In this document: piece by piece, positions 17,545 through 29,639 of the stretch
Layout of the letters: the number at the start of each line of letters is the position of its first letter
How positions within the stretch are numbered: the stretch's first letter is position 1
Made by a program: the position numbers and the translations under genes
Assembly (NCBI GenBank): GCA_020137815.1
Contig: CM035354.1
Coordinates: forward strand, 2,604,001 to 2,668,000
DNA length: 64,000 bases
Direction: 5' to 3'
Source: Hormiphora californensis
Taxonomy: Eukaryota > Animalia > Ctenophora
Notes under the pieces: generated by a model
Seen by the model: only the letters and a program-made list of their open reading frames with translations
What the model was told of the DNA's origin: nothing
The model's database searches: none

Positions 17545-17830
17545 AATCTGTAGAATGGAAAAATGTTAATTCCTGATTTCCATAACATTAATTTATCGGG
17601 AAAAACATTTGGAACAGGTCAGTTAACGAGTAAAGATGAGAAATTGCGTTTATCTATCTCCTTCTCTCTCTCTTTCCCTCCCTCTCTCCCTCTCATACCC
17701 GGTATATTAGCAGCAGTAGATATACCCGCACCAACTTGAAGAAAACGATATATCTAGATTTATCCACTAGCGAGAATAACTTTGCGTACTTTTGATCCAG
17801 CTCTACGGAACTGTCAAAAAACTCGGTCAT
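17545..17830 (-). pseudogene. Sirtuin exon-1 relic (frameshifted; the rest deleted)
   Basis: Copy of 14750-15023 with an indel in the GAG motif; joined directly to a copy of 12954-13085. Confidence 0.8.
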
Positions 17831-17855
17831 GATATCTGTAGTTGGGTATATATAC

Positions 17856-18690
17856 TAGGGTGTGCTATTTTTTCAAATGCCTAATTTAATTCAAAATTTC
17901 ACTTGGTATCGGGTTAAATGAGCTCCTAGTACGATCATTCTAAAACATTTTATCACAAAGTTTTGGCTCTACCATGGCCCAATTACGTTGGCACGAGCTA
18001 TGCCCATATATGGGCATATTAATTTCAAAAAGTCTGTTTTAGGGCGTGATTTCGAACAAAACACACATATAAATCGTCTCGTGACAACTTATACAACTGT
18101 TACTTTCAGTTTGAGTCTTCAGATATCCACTTTATGAACAAAAATAAAAATTTTTCTCCCTTTTTTTCTTGCTAATTTTACCAACTTGCAGAATCGTGGG
18201 GACGAATTTTAATTTTTTTCAGTTTTTTCTTGGTGGAAAGCAAATTTCGGTTGTAATCGACTAATTTTGGCCTGCGGAACACGATCCCGTTCATGAAAAA
18301 GCTCTCAAAATTTAAGAACATGTCCAAAATGAACATTTTTTGTCAAAAATGAACATTTTTTGTCAAAAATGAACATTTTTAGGTCAAAAATGAACTTTAG
18401 CATCATTTAATGATGCATATCAATTCTTGTCAGTTTCGAGGTGCTGAACACGATCCTGAACATAAAAAGTTGATATCAAGAACATGTCAAAAACTGGTGA
18501 AAACCACACATATTTCCCTGTTTTTACCATTTTTCGGTTAAAAACTACACTTTTTAAATCGCGATGCCAACGTAATTGACAAACACTATCTCGATTCTGT
18601 TTTGCTGATGTGATAGAGAATTGTCCATAGTTTCACATTAGCTAGATACTGAATGGCCTAGACGAAAAAAATTTGAAATAGCACACCCTA
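17856..18690. mobile_element. 835-bp non-autonomous hAT element
   Basis: TIR TAGGGTGTGCTATTT; 8-bp TSD ATATATAC; the empty site is visible in the paralogous copy at ~21841-21856. Confidence 0.92.
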
Positions 18691-19290
18691 ATATATACCC
18701 AATAGATATATCTATTAAACTATTGGGATAATCACTTGTTGCCTTGCTCGACCCTGTTTCCCTGGGTTTGAACAAAACAAGTAATCTTCTACTTCGAAAA
18801 AATAAACACTCAATTTAGAAAAGATGAATTGCAAAATAAACATGAAGACTTTTTAGTACAGAAACAAAATACAAGGTGTAAATAGTTTTAACGTGATATA
18901 TAAATAAATTGTAACGATAACTGTAAAAAGAAATAAATATTTTACACCTGTGACCTGATGATGACCCGTCGGACCCCGATTTAGTGGCCCCCGATTAAGT
19001 GGCCCCCGATTTAATGGCAGGATCATCTTCTATTCCCCCGATATAGGAAACTAACATTATTTGACCCCTTGATTTAGTGGACACCCCGATTTAGTGAGCG
19101 AAACCCTTTCCCCCGAGGATGTCACAAATCGTGGTCCGACTGTACTACTTTATGTAGAACGTTGATTTAACTTCTTTTTTATGATTAAAGTCGGATTTTT
19201 TTGTCTTTATTGTGCACGGTGCAGCGTTTGCTTGTTATGTCCTAACCGGGCGGGGTGCACGAAACAGAGTCAACAGTCAACACGTAACCC

Positions 19291-20558
19291 CTAACAGCAT
19301 ATCTTCTCCAATAGTTGGATGCCAGGTTCAAGAGTCATTATCACAACAGCAAACACGTAATCTCGCCCTCCCTTGATATTGTAAAGACTGAACAGTCGTC
19401 GAGAACCAATCCATAACCATACCACCGCCAAGGGAATCAGAAATAGTTGATAACTGATTTCAAACTGAAATAATTTTGAGATAAAACCTCGTGTGCACGA
19501 CAACTACAAATCATTCTGGGAAAATATATCTTGAAAATCTCGCGATAAAAAACTTAAAACACAATTGTGTTTTAATGGCTCTGTAGCTCCGCCTCTTTAT
19601 TTTGGGGGATGGGATAAAGGTCGGAGGTCCCTGAATTAATTGTCACTTACTTTCAGCATACCACCAAAAACAGCATACCAGAAGACTTGACTCAAGAAAA
19701 TTGACGCGACTGCCATACCACCAAGAAGCACACACCAGGGAAAAATACTGAGCTCAGTTATTTTCCATTTGTTTTGGATTGTGAACAAGGTGAGAGTGAT
19801 GAAGACCAGGAGAAACGCAAAGGGGTATACTTCTGGGTACCCTCTATACGTAGTAAATGCGGGTGGAATCCATAGGATCGATATGAACACCAACAAAATG
19901 CTGTTAATCGTCGGACTATTTGCATTTATTTTTTTGTATCTTCCTGCCGAAACCTGAAATAAAAAACTAAAGCTATGTTTATAACGAAAAAGTAAGCGGG
20001 GTGAATCAGTGACACCCAGCTCTCCTCCCGTTGGAGCCATCACTGCCTTCTCAATTACCAAACGTTATGATTTCTAAGTGTTACACACACACACACACAA
20101 CAACAACTTACCAGCAGAATTCCAAAAAATATAATGGCGAAGTAAGGTAGATAGGACGCCCAATCAGTGAGTATAAAGAGTAAAAAGTCATGCCAGAAGA
20201 ATTGAATCAGAAGGTTAATTGCCACAATACAACTCCATTGTAAACACATCATAACGTACACCTTTCTTAGCACATCCGTTCGTTCCGGGGCTCCATGAAG
20301 AACTGGCACTACCGGCTGCTGGACGACCACGGTCGTGTGGGGACCGGGTGGTGGATATGGGGCTCCCGATGGGTTGTAAGGCGGGACCCCTGGGGGATGG
20401 TAAGCCACCTGAGGTGGGGGGTAAGCACCTTTAGAGGCCCCTCCAAGAAGCGGATGTGATTTTTGAGGGTCAGTCCCCGGCGGGAATTGTTTTTCCCCAT
20501 CATTGCCCCCTACTACATCATCATAATCCGGGGGTGGTTCCGAAGGTGGTTCCGACAT
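19291..20558 (-). CDS. Lifeguard/TMBIM-like protein, copy 2, ~320 aa; exons 20558-20112, 19953-19651, 19503-19291
   Basis: Intact frame; in-frame indels relative to copy 1 (shorter Pro-rich tract, FFWHDFLL insertion, 8-aa deletion at the end of exon 2). Confidence 0.78.
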
Positions 20559-20757
20559 GTATCCTAATTGAGAGTGGATAGTTAGATATGAGGATGGTCT
20601 AATAATGAAGCTATATTATAGGTGACAAAATGTTAAAGCTAATGTAATTAAATATACACACATCATAATATAGCATACACAAATTAGTCTGTTGATTCAT
20701 CCAGTCGGAAGGAGTATTCTCTGATTATGGGGCTAATAAGTAATCAACCAACCATTA

Positions 20758-21229
20758 AGAGGGCCTTGATTCAAATAATTATTTATCAAGTCGCACTACA
20801 AGAACTTATTTCACAAACTTCCCGCTCACTAATACTCGCTCAACCAACAGTCAATATCATAAACTCACCAGAGTCGCTCAATAATGTATAAAAACCAATG
20901 TTTTCACTCTCAGTTTCATGTTGATAATGATCACAATTCACTCATTTATTGTGTTGTTTATACCTTCAATTCTTTGGTTAGACGCCTAATACCTAGTACC
21001 AACGAGCAGAGCGAGTTGTGCCGGTAACGCAAAGAGTGCGGCCGTCTGCCAACACTGCAATTATCGTGGGGAAAAGTAGGCAGTGTTCTAACCCTACAAA
21101 GACAGACCTGAACACCTTAGTGAGCTATGCTCTAGACAATGACGCCGACGACAGACGGATACAACAGTACCACTTGAGCCAGGCTCCTTCGGGGAGCAGT
21201 GCGAGGTACAGTCGAACCAAACCAAACCA
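20758..21229 (+). mobile_element. 5'-truncated non-LTR retrotransposon 3' end with (ACCAA)n tail
   Basis: Absent from paralogous sites (17235, 26937); TSD AACCATTA; short terminal ORF remnant, then a 3' UTR with a CTCC-TTCG-GGGAG hairpin and simple-repeat tail. Confidence 0.72.
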
Positions 21230-21537
21230 AACCATTATATTCATTCCCTCTCAGTGGTCATCCGACATAATTGCCATATCTCGACGTGAACTTCGCCGTG
21301 GAATTCGACGAGGAATAGCAGGCGTTTGTAGTTATGAACGCCTGCTGCCCATGCCGCACGTGCCAATGTGCCGCGCACAGCAGGCGTTCATAACTACAAA
21401 GTTCATGATTACTGACAATGAGACTACCCCTGATCAACAGGTGAAAAATAACGCCTTTTGGTAGCCGTACAATCGCTTTCTTTCTCTAACAGAGATCGAA
21501 TCCTAGTACAGCCAAGCTGTAAAGGGTTAAGACACAA

Positions 21538-21826
21538 AATCTGTAGAATGGAAAAATGTTAATTCCTGATTTCCATATCATTAATTTATCGGGAAAAACA
21601 TTTGGAACAGGTCAGTTAACGAGTAAAGATGAGAAATTGCGTTTATCTATCTCCTTCTCTCTCTCTTTCCCTCCCTCTCTCCCTCTCATACCCGGTATAT
21701 TAGCAGCAGTAGATATACCCGCACCAACTTGAAGAAAACGATATTATATCTAGATTTATCCACTAGCGAGAATAACTTTGCGTACTTTTGATCCAGCTCT
21801 ACGGAACTGTCAAAAAACTCGGTCAT
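21538..21826 (-). pseudogene. Second sirtuin exon-1 relic
   Basis: Same lesions as the 17545-17830 copy. Confidence 0.8.
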
Positions 21827-22441
21827 GATATCTGTAGTTGGGTATATATACCCAATAGATATATCTATTAAACTATTGGGATAATCACTTGTTGCCTTGC
21901 TCGACCCTGTTTCCCTGGGTTTGAACAAAACAAGTAATCTTCTACTTCGAAAAAATAAACACTCAATTTAGAAAAGATGAATTGCAAAATAAACATGAAG
22001 ACTTTTTAGTACAGAAACAAAATACAAGGTGTAAATAGTTTTAACGTGATATATAAATAAATTGTAACGATAACTGTAAAAAGAAATAAATATTTTACAC
22101 CTGTGACCTGATGATGACCCGTCGGACCCCGATTTAGTGGCCCCCGATTAAGTGGCCCCCGATTTAGTGGCAGGATCATCTTCTATTCCCCCGATATAGG
22201 AAATTAACATTATTTGACCCCTTGATTTAGTGGACACCCCGATTTAGTGGACGAAACCCTTTCCCCCGAGGATGTCACAAATCGTGGTCCGACTGTACTA
22301 CTTTATGTAGAACGTTGATTTAACTTCTTTTTTATGATTAAAGTCGGATTTTTTTGTCTTTATTGTGCACGGTGCAGCGTTTGCTTGTTATGTCCTAACC
22401 GGGCGGGGTGCACGAAACAGAGTCTAGACAACACGTAACCC

Positions 22442-23754
22442 CTAACAGCATATCTTCTCCAATAGTTGGATGCCAGGTTCAAGAGTCATTATCACAACAG
22501 CAAACACGTAATCTCGCCCTCCCTTGATATTGTAAAGACTGAACAGTCGTCGAGAACCAATCCATAACCATACCACCGCCAAGGGAATCAGAAATAGTTG
22601 ATAACTGATTTCAAACTGAAATAATTTTGAGATAAAACCTCGTGTGCACGACAACTACAAATCATTCTGGGAAAATATATCTTGAAAATCTCGCGATAAA
22701 AAACTTAAAACACAATTGTGTTTTAATGGCTCTGTAGCTCCGCCTCTTTATTTTGGGGGATGGGATAAAGGTCGGAGGTCCCTGAATTAATTGTCACTTA
22801 CTTTCAGCATACCACCAAAAACAGCATACCAGAAGACTTGACTCAAGAAAATTGACGCGACTGCCATACCACCAAGAAGCACACACCAGGGAAAAATACT
22901 GAGCTCAGTTATTTTCCATTTGTTTTGGATTGTGAACAAGGTGAGAGTGATGAAGACCAGGAGAAACGCAAAGGGGTATACTTCTGGGTACCCTCTATAC
23001 GTAGTAAATGCGGGTGGAATCCATAGGATCGATATGAACACCAACAAAATGCTGTTAATCGTCGGATTATTTGCATTTATTTTTTTGTATCTTCCTGCCG
23101 AAACCTGAAATAAAAAACTAAAGCTACGTTTATAACGAAAAAGTAAGCGGGGTGAATCAGTGACACCCAGCTCTCCTCCCGTTGGAGCCATCACTGCCTT
23201 CTCAATTACCAAACGTTATGATTTCTAAGTGTTACACACACACACACACAACAACAACTTACCAGCAGAATTCCAAAAAATATAATGGCGAAGTAAGGTA
23301 GATAGGACGCCCAATCAGTGAGTATAAAGAGTAAAAAGTCATGCCAGAAGAATTGAATCAGAAGGTTAATTGCCACAATACAACTCCATTGTAAACACAT
23401 CATAACGTACACCTTTCTTAGCACATCCGTTCGTTCCGGGGCTCCATGAAGAACTGGCACTACCGGCTGCTGGACGACCACGGTCGTGTGGGGACCGGGT
23501 GGTGGATATGGGGCTCCCGATGGGTTGTAAGGCGGGACCCCTGGGGGATGGTAAGCCACCTGAGGTGGGGGGTAAGCACCTTTAGAGCCCCGTTCGAATT
23601 TTGGTCCTATCTATAGTATTAAACTGGCAGCATCCTGATCTAAAATAAGCAGAATTTTCAGCATTTTAGTCCGCCAATGTGCTGAAAATTCCTCTCAATC
23701 ATATCAGATACACATGCAGAGAGATTCTTATTCTTGCAGTACTGCAGCAGTGTG

Positions 23755-23793
<39 letters not shown>

Positions 23794-24446
23794 AGAGGGG
23801 AGGGAGATGGAGAATATGTGTTGGTTGGCGCCAGTTGTGCGTAGTGCACCGACAACAGTCTAGAGGGGGAAAGGGGGAGATTAGAGAGATTCATACATTA
23901 CCATTGCAATTGAATTGGCTCTCTCTCTCTCTTTTTCAGCGCGACCAATTCAACCAATCTGCTGAAAATCGTGCTGAAAACTGACCATTTCAACCAATCT
24001 GCTGAAAATCGTGCTGAAAACTGTTGTCGGTGCATTACGCAAAACTGGAACATTCCCCAGCATATTGTGTCTCTCTGTCACACACAACCAACACATAATA
24101 TCCCCAGATATCTCTCTCTCTCACTCTTCAGTCTTTCACATTCACTGCACCACCTATATTTTCAGCAGAATTTTCAGCACATTATATGTAATATGTAGAT
24201 GAAATTTTTGAATTGTAAAAATCAGCATTCTCGTTAAAAAAAATCAGCATCCTGGGAGACATTTCTTTCCAATTGGTTGGCAAATTTTGAATTTTCGAAC
24301 GGGGCTTTAGAGGCCCCTCCAAGAAGCGGATGTGATGTTTGAGGGTCAGTCCCCGGCGGGAATTGTTTTTCCCCATCATTGCCCCCTACTACATCATCAT
24401 AATCCGGGGGTGGTTCCGGGGGTGGTTCCGGGGGTGGTTCCGACAT
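22442..24446 (-). pseudogene. Lifeguard/TMBIM-like copy 3, exon 1 interrupted by a transposon; exons 24446-23263 (interrupted), 23104-22802, 22654-22442
   Basis: Nearly identical to copy 2; the frame runs into the insert and stops at 24234. Confidence 0.78.
23586..24306. mobile_element. 721-bp non-autonomous DNA transposon (TIR AGCCCCGTTCGAA; TSD TTAG or TTA; Harbinger- or Kolobok-like)
   Basis: The empty site CCTTTAGAGGCCCC is present in copies 1 and 2. Confidence 0.88.
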
Positions 24447-24917
24447 GTATCCTAATTGAGAGTGGATAGTTAGATAAGAGGATGGTCTAATAATGAAGCT
24501 ATATTATAGGTGACAAAATGTTAAAGCTAATGTAATTAAATATATACACATCATAATATAGCATACACAAATTAGTCTGTTGATTCATCCAGTCGGAAGG
24601 ATTATTCTCTGATTATAGCACTAATAAGTAATCAACCAACCATTATATATTCATTCCCTCTCTCTCCAAATTGTATGTCATTTAAAACAAATACTCACGT
24701 CTCACACCACACTGCACAAATAAAAAACTGTTTTTCCGGTTTTTCACATAGTTACAAGTATCAAACTTTCTACAGCATTTAGATTCACAATTCTTGATAC
24801 AACCTAATACATTTGTCCAGGCGGAAGGAGAAAACAAAACTTCCTCACTGATATGCGGCTAATAAACAATCAACCGATCCTTATTCTCTGTCAACCTAAT
24901 ACATGCTACAAATCCTC

Positions 24918-26228
24918 TCACTTTTTAGGTTTAATAGTAAAGAACTCAACTATATCCTTTAGTAGAGGCAATAATTACACTCACCTCCTCTGATTTCTAT
25001 GAAACTTCTCTCATGCTAAGAGTTGGCAATAGAGGTTCAAATACCGCAGAGTTTAAGTCTGAACAATATTCGGGTCGTTAATTATCGCTAATTGAAAAAC
25101 GCCAAAATGGCCTAAAATCGCCCTAAGTTCCGAATTGAAATTTTGGAGTTGAGACTCCAGACTTCGTAGAGATGTCCGCTAGGATGACAATATGCACCAA
25201 AATCGGACGGAAGCCTAAATTCGTCCGAATTCGGTACGAAAAGCCGGGTAGACTGATTTTTGGTCACGTGACATGGGTCCAAAATCAGTTTTTTGCCATT
25301 TACGCCTTTCCTGTACGTCGGAGACAAAAAATATGGCCAATACTTGTCATTTCCATAGCTTTCTGCATCTTTTAAGCCCCCTATAAACATCCCTTACTTC
25401 AACGGTTCAGAAGTGACGTCGATTAGTCTCCTGAAAAACTCTAACTTCTGAACCGTTGAAGTAAGGGATATTTATAGGGGGCTTAAAAGATGCAAAAAGC
25501 GATGGAAATGACAAGTATTGGCCATATTTTTTGTCTCCGACGTACAGGAAAGGCGTAAATGGCAAAAAACTGATTTTGGACCCATGTCACGTGACCAAAA
25601 ATCAGTCTACCCGGCTTTTCGTACCGAATTCGGACGAATTTAGGCTTCCGTCCGATTTTGGTGCATATTGTCATCCTAGCGGACATCTCTACGAAGTCTG
25701 GAGTCTCAACTCCAAAATTTCAATTCGGAACTTAGGGCGATTTTAGGCCATTTTGGCGTTTTTCAATTAGCGATAATTAACGACCCGAACATTGTTCAGA
25801 CTTAAACTCTGCGGTATTTGAACCTCTATTGCCACCTCTTAGCATGGGAGAAGTTTCATAGAAATCAGAGGAGGTGAGTGTAATTATTGCCTCTACTACT
25901 TTACCAGTGCTCGTGTTACTAATTGAGGTAGGGAAGGTTTAAACAGTGCTGATACTACAACCTCTCCGTTGCCAATCAACTGACAGTTATACTTGTCTGA
26001 TACAACAAAGAAGAACTCAATCTGGCCTATAGTTCCATTTGGATCGCTGACCTGATCAGATATCAGCGACCGGGATAGCGAGTATGAGAGGAGTTTTCTC
26101 ATCTCACTACTGTTCAAGCCCTCCGCAATGTGACAAACGCTCTCTGACTCACGAACTGCCGCCAGTGCACATATTGAGTTATCAAAACGAAGTTTATCAC
26201 TCAACCCGCTGTTTAGTATTTCCTTGTG
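24918..26228 (-). pseudogene. 3' fragment of Fuzzy, duplicated and interrupted by a foldback element
   Basis: Matches 27212-27580; no 5' part. Confidence 0.88.
24960..25898. mobile_element. 939-bp foldback element with ~454-bp TIRs, TAG...CTA ends and 3-bp TSD (CTT); Academ-like
   Basis: Near-perfect arms with a ~31-bp spacer at ~25413-25444; the empty site is seen in intact FUZ at ~27245-27260. Confidence 0.85.
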
Positions 26229-26290
26229 AAGCTACATATGTGACAAAATATTAGCTAATGTAATCAAATATATATACACATCATAATATA

Positions 26291-26893
26291 GGGGGGGGGG
26301 TCCAGCCCTAAAAAAAGCTAAGCCATCGGCCAAAATCAGGGTACCTTTTAGCTTTTTTTAGCCTTTTTTAGCTTTTTTTTTAGCTTTTTTTTAGCTTTTT
26401 TTAGGCTAAAAAAGCTAAAAAAAGCTAAAAAAGCTAAAAAAAAGCTAAAATTGAGTTTTTAGTGGATTCATATAGGACATAGGTTCGAATCCCGCTGACG
26501 CCAAATTTTTTAAACTTTTATTATAACGTTTTATAACGTTTTTTGAACTTTTTTAAAACTATTTTTATCAAATTTGAATAATATTTTTATCGAAAAAATG
26601 TCTCCAGAAAATGGCAGTAGGGGTGGATACAGAAATTGCTATGTATGGACAATGTCCATTGGACATAAACGGTAGATTATGGTAAAAAAATGTGCAGGAA
26701 ATGAACAAATGCAGTCAATAGACGTCCGGAAGGATGAAAATTTAATGGAAAAGTGTCAAGGTGAATGCTGAAAAAACATAAAAAGTAGGGCTAAAAAAAG
26801 CTAAAAAAAGCTAAAAAAAGCCAACATAAAAAAAGCCATCGACCAAAATCAGGGTGCCTTTAGCTTTTTTTAGGGCTGGACCCCCCCCCCCCC
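26291..26893. mobile_element. G-run-terminated MITE (TIR G(n)TCCAGCCCTAAAAAAAGCTAA), similar in architecture to 3378-5174
   Basis: Inverted ends, AAAAAAGCT subrepeats, internal tRNA B-box-like GGTTCGAATCCC; replaces ~37 bp of the paralogous sequence, so no TSD. Confidence 0.82.
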
Positions 26894-27211
26894 AGGAGTA
26901 TTCTCTGATTATGGGGCTAATAAGTAATCAACCAACCATTATATTCATTCCCTCTCTCTCCAAATTGTATGTCATTTAAAACAAATACTCACGTCTCACA
27001 CCACACTGCACAAATAAAAAACTGTTTTTCCGGTTTTTCACATAGTTACAAGTATCAAACTTTCTACAGCATTTAGATTCACGATTCTTGATACAACCTA
27101 ATACATTTGTCCAGGCGGAAGGAGAAAACAAAACTTCCTCACTGATATGCGGCTAATAAACAATCAACCAATCCTTATTCTCTGTCAACCTAATACATGC
27201 CACAAATCCTC

Positions 27212-28396
27212 TCACTTTTTAGGTTTAATAGTAAAGAACTCAACTATATCTTTTACCAGTGCTCGTGTTACTAATTGAGGTAGGGAAGGTTTAAACAGTG
27301 CTGACACTACAACCTCTCCGTTGCCAATCAACTGACAGTTATACTTGTCTGATACAACAAAGAAGAACTCAATCTGGCCTATAGTTCCATTTCCATCACT
27401 GACCTGATCAGATATCAGCGACCGGGATAGCGAGTATGAGAGGAGTTTTCTCATCTCACTACTGTTTAAGCCCTCAGCAATGTGACAAACGCTCTCTGAC
27501 TCACGAACTGCCGCCAGTGCACATATTGAGTTATCAAAACGAAGTTTATCACTCAACCCGCTGTTTAGTATTTCCTTGTGTTTATCTGAGAACACCTTAT
27601 TAAAGGCCCCCAACACCGTCCCATCTGAGGTGTTAGGGGGACAAATAGCATACACCCGGAAAGGGTCATACTCCACACATATGAGCTGGAATTTGTCGTT
27701 GGGGGCCGAGAGGGGTAGGTGTACGTGCCGGCGTGTTAAACGTCTGTCTGCAGTGTTGAGCGATGCACAATACTGAAGTAAACACAGACACTCCTGGTAG
27801 GGTAACTTTTCAAATTCACCTGAGATGGCGTGGCAATCAGTACCATGGAACACACATCCATAACCAGTTTCAACCAAGTCAAGGTACTTCTCCAGACGAG
27901 AATTCCACGCCTTTGTTGGTCTGTCAAACGAACTGACGGGGTGACTGAGAAGGGTAGCGGAATAACTGTTAAACTCGGAAAATATGTAATTTGAAATCGC
28001 TGAAAGAGCCTTTGATACAGCTGATTTGAGTATGTCCGCATTTTGACAACTGGATAAAGTTTTCTCTCCCATCTCAGTAACTATCGCCATGTAGAGATGT
28101 TCACTACCAGTGTCAATATAATTGTCACTGATAAACGGATCATTTGTAACATGCACCACCAGCACCACCTCTCCAAAGAGCCTGTATCGTATCTTCAGGT
28201 CATTGTGGCGGATTGATTTCAGTACAGATGCATCCTCATTGTCAGCGAAGGTGTATAGACCTCCCAAAGAGCCTATTACCGAAAAGGGAAGTGGGACAGA
28301 TCCGTACTGTTTTGTGAAAAAGGGTGTCCCAGACTGGTGGTTGATGCAAAATACTGAGTTGATGTTGAGAGACGACTGAGATTTCCTAATCGACAT
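27212..28396 (-). CDS. FUZ: Protein fuzzy (CPLANE/PCP effector, tri-longin; ciliogenesis), intronless, 394 aa
   Basis: SGTPFF...LPFSVIGSLGGLYTF matches the Fuzzy signature SGVPLF...LPFSVIGSLNGVHMF; typical length. Confidence 0.88.
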   Translation of the reverse strand: MSIRKSQSSLNINSVFCINHQSGTPFFTKQYGSVPLPFSVIGSLGGLYTFADNEDASVLKSIRHNDLKIRYRLFGEVVLVVHVTNDPFISDNYIDTGSEHLYMAIVTEMGEKTLSSCQNADILKSAVSKALSAISNYIFSEFNSYSATLLSHPVSSFDRPTKAWNSRLEKYLDLVETGYGCVFHGTDCHAISGEFEKLPYQECLCLLQYCASLNTADRRLTRRHVHLPLSAPNDKFQLICVEYDPFRVYAICPPNTSDGTVLGAFNKVFSDKHKEILNSGLSDKLRFDNSICALAAVRESESVCHIAEGLNSSEMRKLLSYSLSRSLISDQVSDGNGTIGQIEFFFVVSDKYNCQLIGNGEVVVSALFKPSLPQLVTRALVKDIVEFFTIKPKK

Positions 28397-28772
28397 TAGC
28401 TGAGAGTATATTTCATTAATAATTAATTAATTAATAATTATTGTTCATTGTAGATGAGAGGGCCCCTCTCAGAGGGGAGTCGGCCTACGCTGCTTGTGAC
28501 CCTAGTGGCCGTCAAAGTTTCGTGCACTGGGGGACTGTAGGGTATGCCAATAAAGGGGGAGGCAGTGTGGTCAGTGATTTAGGCTTTAGCCAACGAGTTA
28601 GTCCCCGTCAAAAATCCCCGAACAGTCAACTGTCAACATTGGCAAACGTTGCTGGCCCCTGTTCTGCGCCACGCGCAGCGCGGGATAAGGCAGCGCTTTT
28701 CAACTGTCAACAGCAGCAAATTCCAACTTGCAGTGAAAAAAAAGAAAAGGAAACAAAATAAGATGTCTGTTA

Positions 28773-29052
28773 AAGTCGGATTTTTTGAAACTGTCACCCC
28801 CTGGAGTTTTCAAATTTCTTTAAATGACCATAAGTCCGGTTCCTGATGAGATAGAGACTTGAAATTTGGAGGTTACGAAGATCTTGCTAAGTTCTTCCGA
28901 ACCTCCAAATTTCAAGTCGCTATCTTATCAGGAACCGGAGATATGACAAATTTTGTTATTTCAGGGTTGGCAAACGTTGCTGGCCCCGCAGCGCGGGATA
29001 AGGCAGCGCTTTTCAAATTTCAGGGGGGTGACAGTTTCAAAAAATCCGACTT
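28773..29052. mobile_element. TA-flanked MITE (family C)
   Basis: TIR AAGTCGGATTTTTTGAAACTGTCACCCC; internal TATCTTATCAGGAAC.GGAGATATGA shared with 51717-51988. Confidence 0.8.
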
Positions 29053-29148
29053 TATGACAAAAGGACCTGCGCGCGGCGCGGCGCGGGTTTTTGTAAATTT
29101 ATTCGCGTACTCCATTTTATGCGGCGCAGCAATGGACGCCGCGCCGTT

Positions 29149-29639
29149 GGTAGCATACAATAATGCCTACGGTCAATAATGCCTACACCCTAAAACACCT
29201 AATTAGAGGTGGAGGGTAGGCAAAACTGCTTGTAGGCATTATCGTCAACACCAGGGGGGTAAACCGCAGTTTTGCCTACGGTACATAATGCCTACCATGT
29301 AGGCAAAACTGTGATTTTACCACTGATGTTGACAATAATGCCTACGAGCAGTTTTGCCTACCCTCTACCTCAGGGTATAGGCAGTATTGCATTGCAGTTG
29401 ACAACTCGCTAAGGATATCTCGATTCGGTATATATATTTACCGAATCGAGATATTCTTTTGCCTACACCCAATTATCAATAATGTAGGCATTATTGATCG
29501 TAGGCATTATCGTACTTTATCGTAGGCATTATTGCCACCGTAGGCATTATTGCCGTTTTGACGGTTTTGCCTACACCCAATTATATATGCCTATATACCC
29601 TGTAGGCATTATTGACCGTAGGCATTATCGTACGTAATC
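29149..29639. mobile_element. MULE-like foldback MITE with ATAATGCCTAC subrepeats
   Basis: Inverted modular ends; TSD GCGCCGTT (8-9 bp) at 29141-29148 and 29640-29647; inserted into the TIR of another small element ending ~29851. Confidence 0.8.
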
